Below are positions 54,887-64,000 of a stretch of 64,000 nt of DNA, one piece after another. Source of the stretch: Squalus acanthias (taxonomy: Eukaryota); contig CM059432.1 of assembly GCA_030390025.1 (NCBI GenBank), positions 29,328,001 to 29,392,000 of the forward strand. Direction: 5' to 3'. How positions within the stretch are numbered: the stretch's first letter is position 1; the number at the start of each line of letters is the position of its first letter. The notes under the pieces are model-generated. The model did not search any database. It worked only from the letters and a program-made list of their open reading frames with translations, and was not told the origin of the DNA. The position numbers were made by a program, and so were the translations under genes.

Positions 54887-54923
54887 AGTTCTGACGAAGA
54901 GTCATCGACCTGAAACATTAACT
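54887..54923 (+). ncRNA. Minimal hammerhead-ribozyme motif of the Penelope-like element, probably mutated
   Basis: AGTT-CTGACGA-AGAGTCATCGACCT-GAAAC-ATT-AACT: core boxes, a short stem II and an AGTT/AACT stem I. Confidence 0.6.
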
Positions 54924-54989
54924 CTGTTTCTCTCTCCACAGATGCTGCCTGACCTGCTGAGTATTTCCAGCATTTTCTGTTTTTATTTC

Positions 54990-57456
54990 GAATATAGACT
55001 GGGATAGTAATAGTGTAAAGGGCAGGGAGGGGGAAGAATTTCTGAAGTGTGTTCAGGAGAACTTTCTTAATCAGTATGTTTCCGGCCCAACGAGGAAGGA
55101 GGCATTGCTGGATCTGGTTCTGGGGGATGAAGTAGGTCAAGTGGAGCAAGTGTCAGTAGGTGAACATTTAGGGAACAGTGATCATAGTATCATAAGGTTT
55201 ACAATAGCTATGGAAGAGGACAGGGGGCAATCTAGAGTAAAAATACTTAATTGGAGGAAGGCAAATTTCAGTGGGATGAGAACGGATCTGGCCTGGGTAA
55301 ATTGTAATCAAAGATTGGCAGGCAAAACAGTAGTGAAACAACGAGCTGCCTTTAAAGAGGAAAGAGTTCGGGTACAGTTGAGGCACATTCCTACTAGAGG
55401 GAAAGATAGGGCAACTAAAGTCAGAGCTCCCTGGATGACGAAAGTGATAGAGAATAAGATGAAGCAGAAAAAAGCGCGCATGACAGATGTGAGGTCAAGA
55501 ATACTTCTGAGGATCAGGCTAAATAGAGTAAGTTCAGAGGAGAAGTGAAAAAGAAAATAAGAGGGGCAAAGAGAGGGCATGAGAATAGAATGGCCGCTAA
55601 CATGAAAAGTAATCCAAAAGTCTTCTATTGGCATATAAATAGTAAAAGGGTAGTAAGAGGAGGGGTGGGGCCGATTAGGGATCAAAAAAGGAGACCTACG
55701 CATGGAGGCATAGGGTATGGCTGAGGTATAAAATGAGTACTTTGCATCTGTTTTCACCAAGGAAGAAGAAGATGCCGCCATAGACATAGTGAAGGAGGAA
55801 GTAGAAGAGATACTGGATGAGATAAGAATTGATAAAGATGAGGTACTAGACAGGTTGGCTGTACTTAAAGTAGATAAGTCATCAGGATCGGATGGGATGC
55901 ATCCTTGGATGCTGAGGGAAATGAAGGAAGAAATCGCAGTGGTACTGGCCATTATCTTCCAATCCTCCTTAGAAATAGAGGTGGTGCCAGGGGACTGGAG
56001 AATTGTAAATGTTACACCCTTGTTCAAAAAAGGGTGTAAAGATAAACCCAGCAAATACAGGCCGGTCAGTTTAACCTCAGTAGTGGGGAAGCTTTTAGAA
56101 ACAATAATCAGGGACAAAATTAACAGTCAATTGGACAAGTGTGATTAATTAAGGAAAGCCAGCACGGATTTGTTAAAGGCGGATCGTGTTTAACCAACTT
56201 GATCGAGATTTTTGATGAGGTAGCAGAGAGGGTTGATGAGGGCAATGCGTCTGACGTGGTGTACATGGATTTCCAAAAGCCATTCAACATAGTGCCACAT
56301 AATAGACTTGTCAGCAAAGTTGAAGCCCATGGAATAAAAGGGACAGTGACTGCATGGATACGAAATTGGCTAAGTGACAGGAAACAGAGAGTAGTGGTGA
56401 ACGGTTGTTTTTCAGACTGGAGGAAGATATACAGTGGTGTTCCCCAGGGGTCGGTACTAGGACCACTGCTTTTCTTGATATATATTAATGACTTGGATGT
56501 GGGTGTACAGGGCACAATTTCAAAATTTGCAGATGACACAAAACTTGGAAGTATAGTGAACAGTGAGGAGGATAGTGATAGACTTCAAAAGGACATAGAC
56601 AGGCTGGTGGAATGGGCGGACATGTGGCAGATGAAATTTAACGCAGAAAGTATGAAGCGATACATTTTGGTAGAAAGAATGAGGAGAGGAAATATAAACT
56701 AAAGGGTACAATCCTAAAGGGGGTGCATGAACAGAGACCTAGGGGTATATGTGCACAAATTGTTTAAGGTGGCAGGGCAGGTTGAGAAAGCAGTTAAAAA
56801 AGCATACGGGATCCTGGGCTTCATGAATAGAGGTATAGAGTAAAAAAGCGTGGAAATTATGATGAACCTGTATAAAACACTGGTTCGGCCTCAACTTGAG
56901 TATTGTGTTCAATTCTGGGCACCACACTTTAGGAAGGATGTGATGGCCTTACAGAGGGTGCAGAATAGATTTACGAGAATGATTCCAGGGAAGAGGGACT
57001 TCAGTTACGTGGATAGACTGGAGAAGCTGGGGTTGTTCTCCTTAGAGCAGAGAAAATTGAGAGGTTATTTGATAGAGGTGTTCAAAATCATGAGGGGTCT
57101 GGACAGAGTAGATAGAGAGAAACTGTTCCCATTGGCAGAAGGGTCAAGAACTAGGGGACACCGATTTAAGGTGATTGGCAAAAGAACCAAAGGCAACATA
57201 AGAAAAAACTTTTTTGCTCAGCGAGTGGTTAGCATCTGGAGTGCACTGCCTGATAGGGTGGTGGAGGCAGACTCAATCACGGCTTTCAAAAGGGAGTTGG
57301 ATAATTACCTGAAAGAAAAACATTTGTAGGGCTACGGGAAAAGGGCGGGGAAGTGGGACTAGCTGAGGTGCTCTTGCAGAGAGCCGGCATGGGCTCGACG
57401 GGCCGAATGGCCTTCTTCCGTGCTGTAACCATCTATGATTCCAAGATTCTATGATT
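54990..57456 (+). mobile_element. Decayed CR1 LINE, ~2.5 kb (end of APE endonuclease, RT, 3' UTR)
   Basis: PTR..ALLDLVL, LGNSDH, YRPVSLTSVVGK, GVPQGSVLGPLLFLIYINDL and SKFADDTK motifs. Several stops and frameshifts. GATTCTAT-type tail. Confidence 0.93.
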
Positions 57457-57500
57457 GTAGAGGGGATTTCAACTCCTGGACGATTGGCCAGCAGAACTCT

Positions 57501-58939
57501 ATTTAAAAATGTTGGTAGAGAAAAAACGGGGAATTATAGACCGGTAAGCCTGACATCGGTAGTGGGCAAAATGCTACAGTCCATTATAAAAGATGTAATA
57601 GCAGAGCACTTGGAAAACAGTGACAGGATCGGACAAAGTCAACATGGATTTACAAAAGGGAAATCATGCCTGACTAATCTACTGGAATTTTTTGAGGATG
57701 TAACTGGTAGAATAGATAAAGGAGAAACAGTGGATGTGGTGTATTTGGACTTTCAGAAGGCTTTCGATAACGTCCCGCATAAGAGATTAGCATGCAAAGT
57801 TAAAGCACATGGGATTGGAGGTGAGGTACTGATTTGGATAGAGAACTGGTTGGCAGACAGGATGCAAAGAGTTGGAATAAACGGGTCTTTTTCCGAGTGG
57901 CAGGCAGTGACTAGTGGGGTACCACAGGGATCGGTGCTAGGACCCCAGCTATTCACAATATATATTAATGATCTAGACGAGAGAACTAGATGTAATATCT
58001 CTAAGTTTGCAGACGACACAAAGCTGGGTGGGCGTGTGTGCTGTGAGGAGGATGCAGAGAAACTCCAGTATGATTTGGACAGGTTGGGTGATTGGACAGA
58101 TGCATGGCAGATGCAGTATAATGTGGATAAATGCGAGGTTATCCACTTTGGTGTTAAAAACAGGAAGAAAGATTATTATCTGAACGGCAATAGATTGGGA
58201 AAAGGGGAAGTGCAACGAGATCTGGGAGTCCTTGTGCACCAGTCGCTGAAGGTAAGCATGCAGGTGCAGTAGGCGGTTAAGAAGGCAAATGGTATGTTGG
58301 CCTTCATAGCGAGAGGGTTCGAGTACAGGAGCAAGGATGTCTTGCTGCAGTTGTACAAGGCCTTGGTGAGACCACACCTTGAGTATTGTGTGCAGTTTTG
58401 GTCGCCTTATCTGAGGAAGGATGTTCTTGCCATGGAGGGAGTGCAGCGAAGATTTACCAGACTGATACCTGGGATGGCAGGAATGACGTATGAAGAGAGA
58501 TTGGGTCGATTAGGCTTATATTCGCTAGAGTTTAGAAGAATGAGAGGGGATCTCATTGAAACTTATACAATTCTAACAGGACTAGACAGACTAGATGCAG
58601 GAAGGATGTTCCCGATGGCGGGGGAGTCCAGAACCAGAGGTCACAGTTTAAGGATAAGGGGTAAGCCATTTAGGACTGAGATGAGGAGGAATTTCTTCAC
58701 CCAGAGAGTGGTGAACCTGTGGAATTCTCTACCACAGAAGGCAGTTGAGGCCAATTCATTAAATATATTCAAGAAGGAGATAGATATATTTCTTAAGGCT
58801 AAAGGGATCAAGGTATATGGGGAGAAAGCAGGGACAGGGTACTGAATTTGGATGATCAGCCATGATCGCATTGAATGGCAGAACAGGCTCGAGGGGCCGA
58901 ATGGCCTACTCCTGCTCCTATCTTCTATGTTTCTATGTT
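57501..58939 (+). mobile_element. 5'-truncated CR1 LINE (RT domain to tail) with a single in-frame stop
   Basis: NYRPVSLTS, QHGF, GVPQGSVLGP and KFADDTKL motifs. TAG at 58270-58272, natural stop at 58845, TTCTATGT tail. Confidence 0.94.
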
Positions 58940-59464
58940 CACTCCACGATGTGCGACATTTGGCCCTGACAGGTTCTCTGCCTGGTTGATAGGCTTGGGG
59001 CTTGATCTTTATAGAGGAGGCAGGTTGAGGGCGGGCCCGCTGCTCGGCAGCTTTCGGACCCGCTCCCAGATGCCACCGGCCCGCTGTTCCGATTTTTGCT
59101 TGATTGGCCTCGTTACAGCCGACGTGCGGGTCCCTCCAGGCAACTGCTTGGAGCATGTCAGTTTCTTGCATCTGATGACGCGTTTTTGGAGTAAAAATTT
59201 AAAGAGGCCATGTCCCCTTTGCAAAATATGTACCTGGAATGGCTTGGTGCTGTATTATCTAGAAAGGGGAGTTGACAGCGGCTGGTGTGAACACAAATAA
59301 TTGAATGCAATTGCTGGTCATATTATTCCAGAAAGATATTTATGATTTTTTTAATCTATCACTAGTATGTGACTAAGAATTGAAAAATATGCCAGATGTG
59401 TTCCAATCATTGGCATAGTAAAATTAATGCTTTTTTCTCTTAAAGGTATTGGCTGCTGCAGGAT

Positions 59465-59703
59465 ATGCAGCCCCAAAAACTTAGGCTGCACCCAGATTCA
59501 ATGAGGGCTCCCTCCATGCGCTTGTGGAGGGAGTTAGAGGATGTCAGGAGCGCCTCTTCCCTGGAAACGGAAGGAGGAGGCCTCCTCAGCAAACCAAGGC
59601 AGCTTGGCTGCAAATTGCTGAGGAGGTGAGTTCGAGGTCTGTGTATAGATGCTCATGGGTTCAGTGTCGAAAAAGGTTTAAGAATCTGCTGAGATCACCT
59701 AAA
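59465..59703 (+). pseudogene. Myb/SANT-like DNA-binding domain exon (Harbinger accessory gene remnant)
   Basis: AAPRFNEGSLHALVEGV...LFP...KAAWLQIAEEVSS...SWVQCRKRFKNL fits the Myb/SANT-like (NAIF1/MSANTD-type) pattern. Convergent with a Harbinger transposase. Confidence 0.82.
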
Positions 59704-59880
59704 GTGTGGCCTCTGTGTTCTGAGAAATGGAAGTTCAAGAGTGAGGGCTCAGGGCGAATGCCATGTAGAATGTTGGTGGTGACACTGAGCGCTTTAGTAG
59801 ACAGATGATGCCTGGGGTTTTAAGAATGTCGGACTTATATTCATCTCCATGTGCCAGCTACCTGTGGTTAAAGTGTAAGC

Positions 59881-61146
59881 TTACGCGAATCTGGCATGGA
59901 TGAGTGCATCCCTTGCCTGACGGCCAGCAATGTGGTCGCCTGCTGCTGGATTGACCACATCCGGCCCCGCAAAGCGTTGCTCCCCGTCCTCCTCCTCATC
60001 CTCTTCCTCATCCTCTTCCTCGTCCTCTTCCTCATCCTCTTCCTCATCCTCTTCCTCTTACTCCGAGGAGGCTGTGTGCTGAGCCACTTGTTCATCCGGC
60101 AGTACTAAGCCGCGCTGCTGTGCGATGCTGTGCAGGGCACAGCAGACCATGACGATTCTGGACACCCTAGCTGGCGCATACTGCAAGGCTCCTCCAGATC
60201 TGTCGAGGCATCGGAAGCTCATTTTGCTCGATGATGCTTCTGGTGGATATGTGACTGACATTGTACCGCTCCTCAGTATCGTTTGATGGCCTCCTCATCG
60301 GTGTCATAAGCCACTTTTTCAGGGGATAGCCCTTGTCACCAAGAAGCCATCCTGAAAGTTGATTTGGCGGATGGAAGAGCTGAGGCACAGTAGACTGGCG
60401 CAGGCTGAAGGAGTCATGGCAACTGCCAGGGTACTTTGCGCAAACATGTATGATGATCTTCCTGTGGTTACACACCATCATCAGGGAGTGGAAGCCCTTG
60501 CGATCGACAAATACAGCTGGGTTGTGATAGGGAGCCCTAATGGCTACATATGTGTAGTCAATGACACCCTGCACCATTGGCAAGCCTGCCATATTGGCAA
60601 AGCCAATCGCACGCGCTGTCACACTTGGGCCATCCATGGAGAAGTGTATATAATTGTGGGCCTTTGCAAAGAGGGCATCAGTGACCTGCGTGATGCAGGT
60701 GTGTGCGGCCGACTGGGAGATGCCGCTTATGTCTGCAGCTGATCCCTGGAAGAAGCCCGAAGCAAAGAAGTTGAGTGCGGTGGTGATTTTGACATCCACT
60801 GGTAAGGAGTGTCCACACGCTCCTCTGGGCTCCAGGTGTTGGTGCAGCATTGCGCAGATGTCAGCGACTACATCTCTCTCAAGTCTCAGCCTCCTTTGGC
60901 ACTGCTGCTCAGTCATGCTGAGTAAGCTGATGCTCTGCCTGTAAACCCTGTGTTGGGGTATCTCCTGCGGCAAGATGCAGCCCTGCGCTGAGGCCCTCCA
61001 CCCTGAGCATCATCAGGTGGGTGAGGAGGAGGTTGGCGCTCCTGGTGCTGGTGCTGCTGTTGTGGCTGGTTGTGGTGCTGCCGCGGCTGCTCTTCCTCCG
61101 AATCTGACGACCAGGATGAGAGGATATAAATGGTTCCTATCCCGTA
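59881..61146 (-). pseudogene. PIF/Harbinger DDE transposase (HARBI1-like), decayed
   Basis: [46 protein letters not shown], then after a frameshift [13 protein letters not shown] and CCALH. Acidic tail; stop at 59881. The 5' boundary is approximate. Confidence 0.9.
59986..60058. repeat. 12-bp (CCTCATCCTCTT)n repeat encoding the transposase acidic tail (EEED)n on the minus strand
   Basis: Direct tandem repeat visible in the sequence. Confidence 0.8.
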
Positions 61147-62214
61147 ATTATAGATTTCACTTGAGGCAAGAAGCTTGCAAGCGCACAGTCGAAGTGGCCT
61201 GAAATTATTCCAATCAGGTCACACTGCAGATGGGTGTCAGCTTGAACAGTCAAAGTCAGTAGATTTGCAAAATCTTATCCCAAACCTCCAACAACAAGGT
61301 TGTTGCATTTGAATGTCAGCCATGTTACAGGAGGGCTTTTAAAGTGCTGCACCAAAGACTACAAATCATGTCCTCCAGCAACTCGTCTCCTTGAATCTGA
61401 CCTGTTTCTGACAAGATGGGAAACAGGAGCCAGAAGCAGGAAAATGGGAAACCACTATCAAAATAGGATTAGCAAGGCAGTTAACAGGCTCTTAACTGCC
61501 TTAACTACCTGTCCCACCGGTTCCAGTCGGGTCAGTTTGGGAACGGCTGAACAGTCACTCACGAAAATCGGGTGGGGGCGGGATGGAAGCCATTTTTTCT
61601 ATTTTCCGCTGCCGACCCGCCTCCAAACCCACCTCCTCAGGGCTATTAAAATCGAGCCCTTGGCTTCCAGTCAGGCGGTGAGCCCACCAGGAGGTCACAG
61701 GACCAGGTAGGTAGGTCTGATGTGCGACTCCGGGGGGGTGGGTGGGGGCAGTCCAATTCCCAAACCCGCGGTGGGGCGTCCGATCCTGGGGGCTGTTTGT
61801 ATGGGGGGGTCTGATTGTGGGGGAGTTTGTGGGGCTGAGAAGAAGCACGCCTGCTCCTCCTGGCCCACTTACCTTTCCCCCCGAGGTTGTCCTCGCCTCG
61901 CTGCAGCTGCCGGGTTTCCCAAGGCCCGAGAAACACGGCCAGCCTCAGTAAAACCTGCACAGCAGATTAAATCCGAGGCTTCTAGCCTCATTAACATATT
62001 TAAAATACCAACCCACGTCCTGGGAGCAGTTGGCTACCTGCCCCCCTGTCCCGCCTCAGTAAAACCTGGACGTCAGCGGGTTGAAGCCGGCCTCTCGACA
62101 TGCTTGGAGTTTTTGCCCAAAAACCACCCACCTGCACCCACTCCCACCCACTGGCCCGTGTTAAAATTCCCCCCATGGTTCAAGTTTATGCTCTAATGCA
62201 TTTGCAAACATAAT

Positions 62215-63734
62215 GGCCCTGATTTTGTAGTCGGAGGCTTTCCGTGGGGAAATGCCTCGATCCGCAAATAAAATGCCGGCATACCTGGTGGTCCGGGAGG
62301 TACGGAGACTCGCGGTCCTGGGCCTCTCCGGGTACCCATGGGTAGAGGCCCACGTATCCCAGGGGTGCAGGCAGTTCGCAAGTGCCCGTGGGATCACGTG
62401 GGCCAGCCCAACAAATGAAAAAAGGGGATCCCCATTCATGCTTATACCCCAAAAAGCATGAATTGGAATACCCCAAAAAATACATCTACACATCAAAGAA
62501 AAAAAATTAAATATTTAAAATTAATTAAAATGCCATTTAATTAAATATTTAAAACAAAAATTTGATTTTTTGAAAAATAAATTTCAATGTTTTAAAGGGG
62601 CTAAAAATAAACTTACCTTATTGCACAGGTTTTTTAATGGATAAATGATTGAAAAAAATTATTTTATGTTTTTTTAAACTCTTATGCTTTTTCCAGGCGT
62701 AAGAATTTCACTGGACTCACTGGGCAGAAGTTGGGCAAATAGCCCAACTCTCTGCCCGCGGATGCCCTTTTTCTGGGGATGCGGATGATCTGTCAAGAAA
62801 ACTGACAGATCGCAAAAAGAAGCTTTGCGCACGAAAACCCGAAACTTGCGTTGGCACCACGTATGCCGAGGATGCAGAGAAACTCCAGTATGATTTGGAC
62901 AGGTTGGGTGATTGGGCAGAAGCATGGCAGATGCAATATAATGTAGATAAATGCGAGGTTATCCACTTTGGTGTCAAAAACAGGAAGGCAGATTATTATC
63001 TGAATGGCAATAGATTGGGAGAAGGGGAAGTGCAACGAGACCTGGGTGTCCTTGTGCACCAGTCGCTGAAGGTAAACATGCAGGTGCAGCAGGCGGTTAA
63101 GAAGGCAAATGGTATGTTGGCCTTCGTAGCGAAAGGGTTCGAGTACAGGAGCAAGGATGTCTTGCTGCAGTTGTACAGGGCCTTGGTGAGACCACATCTT
63201 GAGTATTGTGTGCAGTTTTGGTCGCCTTATCTGAGGAAGGATGTTCTTGCCATGGAGGGAGTGCAGCGAAGATTCACCAGGCTGATACCTGGGATGGCAG
63301 GAATGACGTATGAGGAGAGATTGGGTCGATTGGGCTTATACTCGCTGGCTTTTAGAAGAATGAGAGGGGATCTCATTGAAACTTATAAAATTCTAACAGG
63401 ACTAGACAGACTAGATGCAGGAAGGATGTTCCTGATGGCCGGGGAGTCCAGAACCAGGGGTCACAGTCTAAGGATAAGGGGTAAGCCATTTAGGACTGAG
63501 ATGAGGAGGAATTTCTTCACCCAGAGAGTGGTGAACCTGTGGAGTTAGATATATTTCTTAAAGCTAAAGGGATCAAGGGATATGGAGAGAAGGCAGGGAC
63601 AGGGTACTGAATTTGGATGATCAGCCATGATCTCATTGAATGGCAGAGCAGGCTCGAGGGGCTGAATGGCCTACTCCTGCTCCTATCTTCTATGTTTCTA
63701 TGTACGCGCCTGTAGAGGCCATGAATTACGGGCC
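62215..63734. mobile_element. Possible Harbinger-type MITE interrupted by a CR1 insertion
   Basis: Begins AAT|GGCCCTGATTTT and ends AATTACGGGCC. The AT-rich core shares motifs (AAAAATAAACTTACCT) with the MITE at 53916-54658. TSD is imperfect. Confidence 0.5.
62866..63703 (+). mobile_element. 5'-truncated CR1 LINE, same subfamily as 57501-58939
   Basis: Highly similar to 58048-58939, with a ~55-bp internal deletion at ~63543 and a TTCTATGT tail. Confidence 0.93.
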
Positions 63735-64000
63735 AAAATCTTCCATGAATCAGCGTAATCCAGCAATGTAATAGAACGTAACTGTTTATATTTTTCCCTT
63801 GCATGAACAAATATTCCTTGATATATTTAAGAGTGGTAACCTGGTGAAGTTTTATTAATACAGCTGAAAATGGGTTTATCACAAAAAATTAGTCCTCCAC
63901 CTGTGAGTAACCCGATTTTAAATCACTGAAAATGACTCAAAAAGCTATATTGAAACATTTACTAGTGTCATTGGTGTCAGTTTCTTTGTAAATTAAACAT

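Larger units (their letters stand above)
53626..54989 (+). mobile_element. Penelope-like element 3' end (GIY-YIG C-terminus plus terminal region), interrupted by a MITE
   Basis: 53626-53737 translates as HCSNEAQRKLEEQHLIF*LGTLQPSGLNIEFNNFRP*, resembling the Penelope endonuclease C-terminus. Followed by a pyrimidine-rich UTR and a CTGACGA...GAAAC motif. Confidence 0.75.

Noticed and set aside
55308..56117. 269-aa antisense ORF and other minus-strand ORFs over CR1 copies
   Set aside because: Shadow frames of the CR1 RT coding sequence.
59881..61146. Domesticated host HARBI1/NAIF1 genes
   Set aside because: Frameshifts, a premature stop, TIR-like ends and the nested-repeat context indicate a decayed transposon.
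61300..62496. ORFs in the GC-rich region after the transposase
   Set aside because: No recognisable domains. GC-rich transposon subterminal sequence is naturally poor in stop codons.

Overview
Vertebrate repetitive (heterochromatin-like) DNA with no host protein-coding gene; the repeat repertoire suggests a cartilaginous fish (inference). About 1-51500 is a tandem array of an AT-rich 22-bp monomer (AATGTTCAAAATATCATCTCTC, plus an 18-bp variant) organised into kb-scale duplicated blocks. Its hundreds of ORFs are artefacts. Three near-identical 689-bp CR1 LINE 3' fragments were multiplied with the array. The main feature is a young 9.3-kb LTR element at 18747-28024: 1.6-kb TG...CA LTRs about 99% identical, a tRNA-Arg-type PBS and a PPT. 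It encodes Gag (coiled coil, PSAPPSY, capsid-like region, CCHC knuckle) but no protease, RT or integrase. The Gag stop sits in a readthrough context (CAA-TGA-CTAG) and leads in frame into an extension that repeats Gag's own coiled coil. The env looks like a paramyxovirus-F/lokiretrovirus-type fusion protein with an N-terminal Ig-like domain. Beyond the array (51500-64000) lie decayed elements: four CR1 fragments, a Penelope 3' end with a minimal hammerhead motif, Harbinger-type MITEs and a two-gene Harbinger transposon. All family assignments come from motif recognition by eye; no searches were run.
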